The notes under the pieces were generated by a model. The model had not been told where the DNA came from and searched no databases. It worked only from the letters and a program-made list of their open reading frames with translations. Of a DNA stretch of 64,000 bases, positions 26,123 to 39,974 are shown one piece after another. This stretch comes from Mytilus trossulus (taxonomy: Eukaryota): positions 61,752,001 through 61,816,000 of the forward strand of contig NC_086381.1 in assembly GCF_036588685.1 (NCBI RefSeq), in the 5' to 3' direction. Each line of letters begins with the position of its first letter. The first letter of the stretch is position 1. The position numbers were made by a program, and so were the translations under genes.

Positions 26123-26631
26123 TTACAAACACTACCAGGGTATAATCTATAATGATTTCTTTTTGAGTTATACTTTTCAGCACATATATAATTATCCCTA
26201 AATTTAGCCTGATAAACTTGTTGTCTCCTCGTGAAATATAAAACATATTAAAAATGTGTTCGTGCTAAATATTAAAAAAAAAGATGTGGTTTGATTGCCA
26301 ATGAGACAACTATCCACAGAGGACCAAAATGACACAGATATTAACATCTAAAGGTTACCGTACGTCCTTCAACAATGAGCAAAGCACATAAAATATTTTA
26401 TTGATATAAAGTTAAAACCTTCTTGTTTCTTACTAGACAACACTCATGTCCTGTCAGGTTTAATTCTTATATATGTGGATGAAAAATAAAAGTCCCCAAA
26501 ACATTCACATGACAGCAATTGCCTTTATAGCCTTTAAGGCTTTGGTTTTTTTTACAAAATTGTGTCCACCATGCACTTGCACTGCACTATAATAATAGTA
26601 GAATAAAATGATAGACAAATAGATGAACATA

Positions 26632-26634
<3 letters not shown>

Positions 26635-26662
<28 letters not shown>

Positions 26663-27500
26663 TTATTCTGAAGAACCTATGTTGATACAATGGTATACAG
26701 AAATACATAGACATACATAATAATATTATAAAACATGGTGAGGTCACAGCAAATAGAGAAAAAAGAATGTATATGTTTGGAGGCTTCCATTTTATCAGAG
26801 AGAATCCATTTTTGTATTAATGATTCTAGTGAGCTTACACAGCTTTTTAAGTTTTGATTGTTTTGAAAAATTCATAACTGCTTTAAACTTTAGAGTATTA
26901 ATGTTGGTACAGAATTGTTCATCTAATAATGCATTCTTTCCTTTCTTCGGAGTCTTGTACATTCTAGAATATAGTGACATTCATCTCCAATTTCATTACT
27001 ATTACATAAGTTACAAGTTCGATTTTCTCTGGGTATGTTTTTCCATCTTCCAGATTCTATTGGGAGCTTGTGATTTACGGTTCTAAATCTACAAAGAGTG
27101 AAAACGTCTTTATCGTCTAGCTTGTTGATATAGTTCTTGAAAGCAAAACTTTCTTTTTAAATGCAATAGTTAACAGTTTTAGGACTGTTATTAATATTTG
27201 AACTCCAAGTTTGAATAAATTGGTCTTGGAGACTAGTTCTAATCGTATGTTTTAGCCAATCATAATTGTAAAAGTTCCATATTTATACAAACCTTCAACC
27301 GTAATATTAATATAATATAAAACAACAAACCAGTGTATTCTCTATATCCTTATGTCATAGTAGGCACTTGATGAAAATGAATATTTAAGAAGAATAGTCC
27401 AAAGTATACTGATTTGCATCACTACAATATACAAGTTATAACAGTGAGGTTGAATATCCTGTCAATTTTTCATTATCCAAGCACGAACTTGTATCAGAAA
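26635..27500 (-). mobile_element. 5'-truncated non-LTR retrotransposon (CR1/L2-group-like) 3' fragment
   Basis: Minus-strand frames give NHKLPIESGRWK, EIGDECHYILECT and NTLKFKAVMN...KLCK, the zinc-knuckle C-terminus of LINE ORF2. Frameshifted. Ends in AATAAAA plus a (TA)n tail. Confidence 0.75.
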
Positions 27501-29339
27501 AAAATATCTCTGTAAATTAACCTCATGTTCAGGTATAATAAATGTGATCTGTTTATGTGACATGTGCTTTTGACCATCAACAAGAAAATGTGGTCATCCG
27601 ATGTTCAGTACTTCAGTACTTTGATTTGATCTATTTTGTCAATTTTTTTTGGAGGGGGAGGGGGGCTTGCGTTTTTGTCTTTTTTTCTTCTTTTTTGTAA
27701 ATATCAATAACGCACAACACAGTCAGTTCAGTTCCTATTTTAATAAAGTAATATAATTTTCTTTCATTATAGTAGCTCTGGTTCACGTCTTAAAATACTG
27801 ATTAATGAATCATTTGAACTAAGATCACGTCTTATATTTTCAATTAATTAAAACGTGAGGAGAAATGATTGGATCGACTTTTTCAAGAATTAGGGCAACA
27901 TTGATTTCGTCTGTGCCTTTTTGTAAATATTTGCAGTCCATAGTACATATTTGTACGAATTGATTACTATGTGCGAAAGTCTGATACTTTAATTGTGTCT
28001 CTGACCTCCTCACCAATCTACAGAACTCTGTTTTCTTTTTACGTTTCTGTGTCGTAAATATAATTGATTGACTACTAAAAATTCAGACTTTGCTCCCTGA
28101 GATGTGTAACGAAACATAGGTGAAACTAGAAAAGCAAACATGACCACAGTGGACAAATACACATCGATAAGAGAAATGAACTTATTTACTTATAAATTGA
28201 CATTGCAAAAGAAAATAATAAAATTTAAGTTTTTAAAAATTGCTGGTCTCATTTCAATGTAATAAAATTGAGAATGGAAATAGGGAATGTGTCAAAGAGA
28301 CAACAACCCGACCAAATGAATATGATTTCAGTAGCTAGATATTGTTTTCTGTTTTAAATTTTATAAAGATGAAAACAAAATCTATGTACTTTGAGCCAAG
28401 TTTTTGGCTACAATAGTTGTTACCATATACAGTCGTGATATTGTAATGGAACAGAAAAAGCACCTTAAATTTAATTATCATTTGTAATAATCCAATAGAA
28501 AGAAAACGTTCTCGTGTCGGCCTATCAAAGTAGTAGCGTATGGGAGTATGTAACATTCTGATTATTGAAAAACAAAATGTAAAAACAACTTATTTACCCA
28601 GACGAAAGCAATAAATGTGAAGGTTAAATGTGAAGTGGGAATGAACCCATGACCTTGCGGACGGCAATGTCGTTTTTTTTATGTTAGATGTAACTAATAA
28701 GCAGTATATTCTACAAGGAAGCCATACATTTGTTATATATTATATGGTATATATTTATTGGTGATTCTAAACACAAGTACTTGTCTTAAGGGCTTAATAG
28801 CTAAAGTTGTCAAAAATCAACGAAGACATGTTTTTGAGGAAAAAAAACAACTGTTAAGTCTGCAGTTTTTCAATTTTCAGAGGACACATATTTGGATTAA
28901 AATAATGCGAATTCGTTATCTCGGTTTGAGTACACGTTTATAGATAGAAATAAAACAATCTCATACAATAACAACTTTACTGGATTCTTTTTTCAATTGA
29001 TAGAACAGTTTACGTAATCAAAACTGTAACAGAAAACGCCATTGCCAAAAATAAAGAAGCCCCACTACAAATTAATGAAAACAAAATGGGGTGCAGTAAG
29101 TATTTAAGATGATAGAAGGCCATTTTTAATTCACTTCGTAGCTCGAAAAATGATGAGCTGTAATTCTAATTATATGTTCATGAAGTGTTAACGAAAGTAT
29201 ACTGTTGTTCAATAGTCATACATCGATATATTGAAGACTCATGCTGGGGCCAAACAAAAATCGAGGTAAACACAACAACTATTAGAGGGAAACAATGGAA
29301 CAACAGAAACACTGGTCTGCTACAACAACAAAGACCAGC

Positions 29340-29482
29340 TAACATACCGACATTGCAAGTGCTGTATAGCCAGTCAGAGTCGTTAAATACTTCCATTTGT
29401 AGACCAACACCCATACAGACATTGCAAGTGCTGTATAGCCAGTTAGAGTCGTTAAACACTTCCATGTGTTGTCCAACATACA
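29340..29482. repeat. Tandem duplication, ~68-bp unit x2
   Basis: gacattgcaagtgctgtatagccagt(c/t)agagtcgttaaa(t/c)acttccat occurs twice. Confidence 0.85.
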
Positions 29483-30883
29483 TAGTAACGGACTATAAGA
29501 TGACAACTACCATATTCAGGACTTGGTACAGAACATTTAAAAAACAGTTAGGGACGACATCAAAAGTTCAATGTAGGATAAACAATTCATATATTGTTTT
29601 CATTGACCTCCCTACCCCCCTCTTAACATAATTTGGGAAACATTGATGACTTTTTTTGTACACAATTTACACATTTGATCTTATGGGTCCTACCAGCCTC
29701 TCCAAACTTCAACGAACCCTTTACCCCTTACTTACAGATGAAACTCGATCACAGGTATTTAGTTGAGCTTATCCAAATTGTTTTCCCCTCCACCCTAGTT
29801 CCCACCTCTGACTTCCGTTTCTCACTCCCTTTTTCCATAGCTATGTCTTCAACCTCTTTAACAAATTCACAAATTTTGAAAATCAGATCAGCCATCTTTA
29901 GTCTTTAAAACCCAAAGCATTTGTATTTCTTCAATTAGTATTTTCATCGATTGTTGTAATCTTTTCGAATCGATTTAACACATTAAATTAGATACATGTA
30001 GGTCTAACATTCATATCTGCGAGATATAGAAAACAATAATCTGTCTCGTATGTATGTTAAAAACCATTTACCACTATTCAAGGACTCAGTTTTTAACAGC
30101 AGTTAAAACCTACCATATAAAAAAGAAGATGTGGTATTGCCAATGAGACAACTATCCACAAAAGACTAAAACGACACAGACATTAACAACTATAGGTCAC
30201 CGTACGGTCTTCAACAATGAGGAAAGCACACACCGCATAGTCGTGCATTTAATTTGACTTTCCTGAACGATGTTTGTTTTAAATAAAATTGGAGAATCTA
30301 AAGCCTTTTCTGTATCATCTTCAGAATTATACATAACTCAAAAATCAATTGATCAATAGCATTCACATCAGAAAACTCAAACTGAATTTGTGATGCTGTA
30401 ATCGAAAGACACAATTCCAACATAATTCTATTTTTGAAGAATTTACAGTACTTATATCAACAATCGAAATGCATGTTACGCAATTGATGCCATAAAATCT
30501 AATCTTTAAAATGGGAAAGAGAGAACATTTAATTGAAAGCTTTTCCCGGTCTCATTCCATATTGATAGATGCTGTCAGAAGCTATTGACATTTACAAGCT
30601 AATCATTTTCTTCCGACTTCTGTAGTTTAAATCTATATGAAAAAAAAAACAAATAAAGACAGTCCGTTTGTTTCAAAGTTCAAAATACCAATCACATGAT
30701 TTCATTAAAGCAACAAGTTTCAGAACCACGTACGCTTTAATGAACTAAATAGAAAGAACATATATCAATAAATGTTATTTCTAGACGCGATCAGAATTAA
30801 TACGTCTGTAGAATTACCAATAAATACAACTGCTGTACGTAAAGTAGTATTTGCTGAAATAACTATGTTTGGAATTCACAAGT

Positions 30884-31114
30884 GAGGCCCCTCATGGGGG
30901 GGGGGGGCTCCTAGTAATCACATAATCACCATTTATTTGCCAATATAATCACATAATCATTACATATTTGCTTATCTTTAGTAATCAAATAATCATAAAC
31001 TAAAAATACAGTCCTAGGTAATCAAATAATCATGAAATATTTGGCTTAATAATCAAATAATCATTAAAAAAACGGCCAAGTTATCACATAATCAAAAACC
31101 CCATGAGGGCCCTC
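30884..31114. mobile_element. MITE with 6-bp TSD and internal TAATCA array
   Basis: TIR gaggcccctcatgggg / ccccatgagggccctc. ACAAGT at 30878-30883 and 31115-31120. Confidence 0.88.
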
Positions 31115-31386
31115 ACAAGTTAAAAAGCAATTCCGAACATGGTGAACAAACATCTTTCTGGATCCCGCTCTCATTCCGTATTGCTTGTCAAATGCTATAT
31201 ATTGACATTTACAAAATAATCATTTTCATAACGTAAGAAAAATTACATAAAAGGGCATTCAATGTGTACAATAAAATGTATATGCTACAACTTTAGCACA
31301 ATGTTTTATCTTACTTTTTATTTAAGCTCAATGCCCTATGCATTGCTTTGATGTTGTCAAACGTACGGCTTCTTATTTTACAATCA

Positions 31387-32524
31387 ATTCTAACATGAAG
31401 TCCTTCAACGCTTTGAGTACACATCCGTGGTAAAATATGAATATACTGACTGGGCTATTGTAATCGTACTCCCAAGTTATATGATTTTTTATGAACGAGT
31501 TACCCGACGTCATAGAACGATGAAGTTAGAATTTCAGCATTTTACGGGAACATACACGCTTTTAAAACCGAAAATCATCACAAAAAGAAAACGTAAATAA
31601 ACGATGCTAATCTGTGTTATAAGCCCTTTTGTTTTATACATAAAAAGTTTCACATTGTGTCGAGCGGCTGATATTTAAGATATCGATACAAGGAAAACCC
31701 GGTTATCTGTGTATCGTTCTATTACTGTTCTTTTTTTTTCATTTCCCTAAGACAGTTTTACGCTTGACGAAAGCAAGCTTGATAACGTCTCTTCTCGCAT
31801 TGTAACGTCGCTGATAACTTCTCTCACATTGTGACGTCGCTGATAATGCCTGGTCTCGTTTTGAAGGCTTGATACGAGAATTAGTGAACGACAGAGCAGG
31901 GTGATATAGGCGTAGGGAAGGACGATAAACGTAAATTATCATATACATTGATCCAAAACTATCTAAATACTTTATTGTAAATAGTTTGAGCATGTCACTT
32001 AGTCTGTTACTCCGTTCTTAACGCCAATTTAATAGTGCGTTTATTTATTGGAACGGCAAATATTTGCCTCCACCTAGAGCGTTTGGATCCAAAAGAATTG
32101 CCGTATTTGTCCTATCAGAATCGAAATAATTGAAGGGGGCTATAACCCCGCCACATTATTTATGTATGTGCCTGTCCCAAGTCAGGAGCCTGTAATTCAG
32201 TGGTTGTCGTTTGTTTATGTGTTAAATATTTGTTTTTTGTTCATTTTTTTTACCTAAATAAGGCCGTTTTTTTTCTCGTTTGAATTGTTTTACATTGTCT
32301 TATCGGGGCCTTTTATAGCTGACTATGCGGTATGTGGATAGTTGTCTCATTGGCAATCATACCACATCTTCTTTTTTATATTGAATATATCTAGATTTTA
32401 CCACGGGTTGTCCCTTTATGCGATATTTTAGCCCTCGCTATCGCTCAGGGTGAAATATTTGTCACAAAGGGACAACCCGTAGTAAAATCACGATATATTG
32501 AAGCCCAATTGAATTATTTTTTAA
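31387..32524. mobile_element. Second copy of the 6355-6953 hairpin-terminated family, with extra internal sequence and a nested repeat at 32142-32380
   Basis: Shared segments gtccttcaa..cgctttgagtacaca.ccgtggtaaaatatgaatat and gatccaaaagaattgccgtatttgtc, plus the terminal hairpin. Confidence 0.8.
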
Positions 32525-33398
32525 TTAGACAAACCAGGTAGTATGCTAATTTTCTTTATATTATCATAACATTTACTGATGTACGTCAAACTATTACACG
32601 CTCGCCCGCACTTGGCGAGTACATATACATGTATTAAACTGTTATCTTGTTTTCAGAATTTTGATCATATCAATAAATGAGTTATCAAAAGAGTATTGTT
32701 GACAATAAACTAGTTGCTTTCCTGACATGTAGTTATAAGCCCGTTCAATAATACGATCAATATTGTTATGTACTTACAAAAATATCATCAATATCTGTGT
32801 AGGAATCTAACAAAATGTATATGTATGTTTATACTGTGTTGACACATGAACATAATGTTTTAGTTGCAAATGGTACATTTAATGTTGTTCTCAGATTGCT
32901 TCAGAAGTCTTTAACAAAATATGATTGACTTATAAGTTTAATAGTACAATAAAAAACGGCACCAGTGACCGATGGGTGTAAGATATTCAAATATAATACC
33001 AGAAATCTGTCAACACACCGAGTATCCAATGCAGTGAAGGAGCAACCTACTATTATATTTATAACAAAGTCGAGTCTCCGGATAGTTTGGTTTCCTTTAC
33101 CAATAAATATAAAAAAGGAGATGTGGATTGATTGCCAATCAGACAACTCTCTACAATAGACCAACTGACACATAAATAACAGCTATATGTCACATTAAGG
33201 CCTTCAACAATGAACAAATCCCATACCGCTAAGTAATCTAAAAGAGACCCCGAAATGACAATGTATAATAATTTATATGAGAAAACTAACGACCACATTC
33301 ATGTACAAAAAATTAACGAAAAACAAATATTTTACACATAAACATGATAAACAAACGAAAACTACTGTCCACTACAAAATAGTCAATCAAATTTACAG

Positions 33399-33529
33399 NN
33401 NNNNNNNNNNNNNNNNNNNNNNNNNNNNNNNNNNNNNNNNNNNNNNNNNNNNNNNNNNNNNNNNNNNNNNNNNNNNNNNNNNNNNNNNNNNNNNNNNNNN
33501 NNNNNNNNNNNNNNNNNNNNNNNNNNNNN
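33399..33529. other. Assembly gap (131 N)
   Basis: Run of N. Confidence 1.
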
Positions 33530-36072
33530 CACGTCAGTTAAAATACCATATCTATTAGTTCAAATCCTGTTCTGAACACGGATGATATATTTGCCACTGG
33601 ATCGTTAAGCAATTAATCAATCATATATGATGTGAGGACCTTGCAATGTACACCTTTTACAGCATACTATTTGTGACTTCAAGGCCGAAGAATGACAAAG
33701 TGGATTTTGGTTTTCATTGTGACAATTATGCTTTGCTTGGTAAAATAAACTATTATACCACCGAAAAATCTCGTCGGCACAAAAACAAAAATCCAACAAA
33801 AACAAAATGAAAAACAAAATATCAATCTTTTCGTAAATGGAAATAAATATTATTGACAAGGGACGTTTATATCAGGTCTGTTAAGTTTGTGTTAGGTTAT
33901 GGTAATTCACTTCACACATTGTTTTGCATTTGCTTTTTTCAAGGTAGAATCGGACATGAAAATCTACTCCAGAGTCAAAAAGTCAAAGTATCTTAAATTG
34001 TTAGAGGCATTTAGGCAATTACAATCGCTAAACAGATTAAGACAGACACTTTTCTAATAAAAAATAATCAAGTGTAAAAATATGACTACTTATGCAACAA
34101 AAAATTGCAACGAAAGTAATTTCCTTAGGTCAATAGAACTCATTTGTTACAAATTTTCCAAGTCATTTAAGAAATTTGCTTTGCGTACCCAATTAAGCGA
34201 TATTCTGGTTTAATATGCGTAAAAAGCAATACATTTTTCTATGGCTTTATTATTAGAAATGGTCGAGAATCAATTTATATGGACGCATAGAAAACTCGTT
34301 TGGAACATGTATCTTGTTATACTGTTATTCCTTGTTCATTATAACTATATTTCAGAGTAAGTTTACATAACAAGACGATTTACAAAACATGTACTTTACA
34401 CGTTTTATTCAATGCAACAGGAAAACTGACTACTATTTTTTTGAAGTTATTTCCTTTCTGTATGATATGCATTATTTTAATAATCAAAACATGGCCGACT
34501 GCTTTGTTTGGTACTTGAGGAAATTATAATCAAAGAGACATAACGGTGAGGACCAGTGTAACTTCCCGTCATTAATCAAAACAGCCATTTGTCTACTCGA
34601 CACAGACTTTTTATAGTTTCCTCTTTATTAAAGTTGCACATAGAAAATTTGTCTTGCTGAGTATTGATGTATTAACGTTTCCATCGTCACTTCCTTTGTT
34701 TTAGCACTTAATGGATTGTCGTAAAATATTACGGAATACATTTGTATATAATCGTTATTTGGTAATAAAACAAATTAGAAAACCTTTTTCTTTTTTTATT
34801 GAGAACATGAATAATGGAAACAAAATAGAAAAAAACACAAAAGGATACAAAAAAAAGCAACAACACTATTGTCCGTTGAAACAAGATAATACGTTTTCTA
34901 AAACCATAATCTTATTGAACTCCTACTCGAAACTGAGCATGATTCTATAGCATTTGAAACTCCTTTAAAATGTCATATCACGTTAACAACATCATATAAA
35001 AAAAAATGGGAGGATAATTTACATGAGCAGAGGAATCTTCTATTATAAAACATCAACATAACAACACAAAATTATAAAAAAAGATTAAAATAAAAGTTAC
35101 TGGATACATACATACAGAGCTACAACTCTTCAAAATGTGCTAAGCTGTAATTCTTCTATTATATATACAGGAGCTAGAAAGATTTTACAGAAACTTTTAT
35201 AAAATACCAGCATCTCTAAACGCTCTTTTGAAGCAAATGACTATAAACAGTCTGTTAAAACGAAACAAATTAATGTTTTGATTGATGCCGGAAATTTATA
35301 CTGGATCATAGTTTAACGGTTTAAGTAATTGTAATTTGTAACAATTTACGCAAAACATTCGCAATGACTTTTTCTTTTTCTAACTTGTATGTTTGTTAAT
35401 GGCAACATAAATATATACATTTGTACCTATCATATTCCAAACGTTTTTATGTTTTTTTCAAAAACAGGACAAAGTCTAGACGCACATTACAAACGTATAG
35501 CTATATGTGTTGTGTTTTTCATGTTCATGGCCATAATCCATCAACAATAAGATTGCATTACTGAAAACCACGTGTTTTTATCATATCAAATACGTTTTTT
35601 ATCAGCTTGATATGTTCTAGTCAAATCGTTTCCTGGAATTATAAAAATGTCATTCATCAATTTAGCATTACATAAATGTACATTATAAATTTTATAGGAA
35701 CGATTAACGCCATTGACAACTCAACAAAGATCTCGCACAGACGATTGGTTGTTGTTACGTAAAAAAAGGCACATTTTTTATAGCAATTTTAAAATTTCGT
35801 CGACTTCCTCATATTCATAAGGCAAATGCCTTTTTGTGAATTTTAAGGAATAATGACTGTATTATTTAGATAGCTTTCAAAATGAATAGCGATTATAGAC
35901 GATAAATATATTTTTTGTTCAGATATAGAAAGATAATTAAGACCGGAATTTCATTCTGTTGTTAAAGTCTCTATTTTACACTTCCTAATTAGAATTTATC
36001 AATGTCAAGTTGAAATAAGAGTCCAGTTGGAGGTTATTATTAAATATTGTAAGGAATAGTGGCGTGTTAAAA

Positions 36073-36183
36073 GTGATAATGTCATGTTGTGAGTGATAAT
36101 GTCATGTTATAAGTGATAATGTCATGTTGTGAATGATTAAGTCATGTTTTAAATTATAATGTCATGTTGTAAGTGATAATGTT
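36073..36183. repeat. 20-bp minisatellite (gtgataatgtcatgttgtaa) x~5.5
   Basis: Direct reading. Confidence 0.9.
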
Positions 36184-37109
36184 AAATGGAAAGTGAAACA
36201 TGTCAATGTGGAGATAAACCATTTAAACTTTGAACTTAGAATTGTCCAGCCGGAACTGATACATGTCAATTCGAAGTGAAAACTGCATATACATGTCAAC
36301 TTGGAATTTTAATACCGGAACCAATTTTACTGCACAACACGTGCATTTCGATAGTTCATGTATCTTCAGTGATGCCATAATCCAAACTATATGAATAGTC
36401 AAATGTTTTAAAAGTTGCAGAGCTGATCATTACAAAAAAATAAGTTCTGAATATCATTCCATTGTATTTGCCACTGAACCTTATACAATTATGAAAATAG
36501 ATATCATCAGTGAAATTTTAACACGTAATAATAACTGATGTTTTCCTCAGTTTGGTTTGTCACCCGAATTTGTTTCATGCAGTTATATTGATTAATCATG
36601 ACTCTTGAACAGCGATATACTGTATTGCCTTTGTATTCTTTCGATTTCCCTCCTTCCTTGTGAAAAAAATACTGCTCTTTAGTTACTTAAATATTTACTA
36701 ATTCAAGCATTTAAACACCTACTATTATTATTCATATAATAAGATATTCAAAAATCATAGACAAAGAGCTTTTAACGTTTAAATTAAATGCAATAGAATG
36801 CTAATTAGAAATATATACCCTTCTGAGAATAGCTTCATCATCGTGACTGAACTAAGATTTTTATCATTTACCACCTTAATAGTTTTCGATCGTTCTAATA
36901 GACCCAAGAGATTTGCCGATCATTACATAGCTCATTGTTTTTTTTATGATTAATTCATTTTCTTGTCTGAATTATTATGTCACGTGAGAAATCATGCCAA
37001 TAGAAAGGTTACTCCAATCGTTTGGGAATTACTGGATAAATGAGTCGACAAGGCAATACCTTAAATGGAATATTAATTGGGTTTGGGTATTTTGTATTAT
37101 GGAAATGAC

Positions 37110-37119
37110 GGGACTTTCC
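37110..37119 (+). promoter_or_regulatory. Canonical NF-kappaB site GGGACTTTCC
   Basis: Exact match to the classical kappaB decamer. E-box CACGTG at ~36981 nearby. Function not demonstrable from sequence. Confidence 0.3.
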
Positions 37120-38140
37120 GTATACAAAGGATTTAGTGAGACAAAATGGTTTATATCAAGCCATTGTGTCTAATGTGAAATTAAATTAGATTGTTCTTGC
37201 ACCTCTGCATTTTCATTGGAGATTTATTAGTACAAAATTGGAATACAACCATTAATAATTCTTGTTTGCTTGACAGGCGAAAAAGTTCACGATTTTATTT
37301 GCGTTTTATCATTTTTCATAAGTTGAAATTGATTTGAATGTTTTACTAAATCTCAGCCATTGAAGGCATACATGATGTACGTACATTTTGCTAGGAAGTC
37401 AGTTATATTGACAATCAAAATAGTTTTAAATGCTAAACTTCTAACTAAGAAAATTGTTAAAAGTCTGTTAAAAGGAATGCGCTCTGCTGATTAGTTGAAA
37501 AAACAACAACACTTTATTAGTTCCGTGTGTCAGAAGCACTGTTATAGCTTATCCTTTTCGGGAACGCCGAAAAAAAAACCCAGATTTGGTCGTTCGGAAA
37601 ACACTTCTAATGAATTATATGACAAGACTAAGAGATGTCATAAATTTGCGCATGCTATAAGATAATTAAATCATCACTTAATTAATTTTATGCAACCAAA
37701 GCGCTTTCCTGGATTTACATTCACCAGAAACGCGCAAAGTCGAATGTGTAAAAACCAAGGATGTATAAAAAAAAATGTGAGCTATATGTACAAACAGACA
37801 TAAAACAGATAGCCATATCCATCTTAGGATACCTTCGAATAAATGAGTTGAAACCTTAGTTGCGCAATAATGTCTGAATTTCAGAATCGATAATTTTAAA
37901 AAGGTGCATGTATTTCTTGCTGCTTTTTTTTTCGAATACACGTATATATTAATTGTGATTACTTTTTGATCTCTTTTTAATTTACTCCCTTCAGTTTGTG
38001 TGACTTCAAATTGTATGGTTATGTATTGGTACAATGAAACTATTTCTCTGGTTTCATTGTACCAATAATTTTTTCTTGTGTACACTGTAAAATTAATATC
38101 AAAGTAAAACGGCATTGTATTTTTCAAGTTAAGTACCTTT

Positions 38141-38288
38141 TTCAATGCGGTTCCTCTATATATATGATAACTTATTACACGAGTACTTTGTTTAGTGCCT
38201 GTTTCAATATGGTTCCTCTATGATAGCTTCTTAGACCATTACTTTGTTTAGTGCCTGTTTCAATGCGGATCCTCTATGATAACTTATT
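38141..38288. repeat. ~57-62-bp tandem repeat x2.5
   Basis: ttcaatgcggttcctctat...tactttgtttagtgcctgt units. Confidence 0.85.
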
Positions 38289-39974
38289 GATCAGGTTTGG
38301 TTTTTCTATAATTAGTAATTTATCTTGTTTGTGCTCAATTTTACACTCTAATCGAAGCAAACGAGGTGTTAAATTGGAATAATCAACCGTTAAATGCTAC
38401 GATCTCTCACTTTCGTCGAAGTTTCAAATTAACTTGTTCTGTTTGTTTGGTAGTAGTTAAGTGGAAAGCGTCTCTGAGATATCCTTAGGGAATAAAGATA
38501 ACTGAAATTATAGAATTGCATTCAAAAGAAAATATGAGATCTGAAGGTTTATTGTACAGGTTTCGTGAACACATCTAAATTAGGTGGTTGTTTGTTGAAG
38601 ATATACATTTTTCTAACAGTCACTTTATTATGCTTTACCGTGATAAAGACTGTTGATGGTGCAAATAAGATAAATTGGTTTTATTCCCATTTCCCATATG
38701 GGAAGTTGTTTTCGTCAATAAGAAAATAAACAAACACCAACCTTGATGACTTGTGTATTTCTTTTTCTTCTTCTTCCAAATAGTTCTCTTTATATTTTTT
38801 CCCCTTTTTAAACAACTAGATTATTATACTTTTACAGTGTATGTCTAGGAAACAGGGATTCACATATATTTTTTAAAGATGAAATAGTGAAAGTTACCTT
38901 ACTGTAAAATAGACAGGAAATTTATTCTATACACGAAAGCTTTAAACACTTACATGTTACTAAATTGTCATATGAGTGAAACACATTATTAGCCTGTTTC
39001 TCAATTTTCAAATTTATAGCAAATACGTTCTGTAATACTAACATTTTTTAAGTTGTATATATGATATTTCAATACTACTGTGCAGTATCCCTTCCAAAAA
39101 AAGATGAAGAATAAACCGAAGGGGACAGTAAAAAATCGTCAAATAAATCAGAACAGTAACACCATAACCAGAATAAAAGACAAACAACAACCCAACACAA
39201 AATACCATTCAGAAAGATTAAAATTCAGTCAGATACTCTAACCCAAACGATAAATGGGCTCAACTCTGGTGCACAGGAAAAGAAATAGTTCCCTCGTCAA
39301 TAGTGAAAGATTCACTGTTTAAATTCCTTTTGATGCTATTTATATTTATTTATATATCTTAGTAGGTGATAATTCAGTATACAATTGCAGGCTGGTGAAT
39401 GTGTTCAGTTTAAATTCTTAAGAGAAAACCAGGCAGAACTTGGAAATTTTGTTCCACAGCCTTTTTGAGATAAATGTGTTTTTGTAATGTATCCACCTTG
39501 TTTTGTTGGGAAATGACATTTTAAAAAGTCATATTGGGTTATTATGTATAAAAAAAATGAATTTGATTTTTCAGTAAATTTGACTGCTTATATAGGGAAA
39601 TAGGGGTATTAATTTCTCAACAAAAACAGCCTACAATATAACAATTGATACATATTCTAAAAGATGACCATGAATACAGCAGGAAATGATAATCACATCT
39701 TTGGTATCTGTTGATATGTAAATGTTCTAATGCAGTAAACTGTCAGGAAACAGCAGTTTATTTTCGTCTTTTTGGTTTTTAGACATGCCAAAAGTGATGC
39801 TCTTCAATTTAAAAACCGATAAAGGTTGTAACCAGCTGGTAATGTTTTGACAGAAAAATGAACTTCTGTTGTATATTTTTATACATAATTGAACATTTTG
39901 ATAAGATGTAAGAAAAGTACATAACTTTGTGGTGTTGGGAAACTTATTTCCCTCACCAGGAGATTGTTGCATAC

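Larger units (their letters stand above)
20231..26530 (+). repeat. Segmental/tandem duplication copy B (upstream region of the C4-like gene)
   Basis: Colinear match to 1-9200. Duplicated ORF-track peptides (e.g. 5995 vs 24001) reflect this. Confidence 0.95.

Noticed and set aside
29178-29908. 148-aa, 101-aa and 91-aa ORFs
   Set aside because: They span a tandem duplication and dispersed repeat/MITE pieces, mostly start at non-ATG codons, and show no recognisable domain.
37678-38145. 155-aa minus-strand ORF
   Set aside because: AT-biased composition, non-ATG start, runs through a hammerhead-family repeat, no motif.
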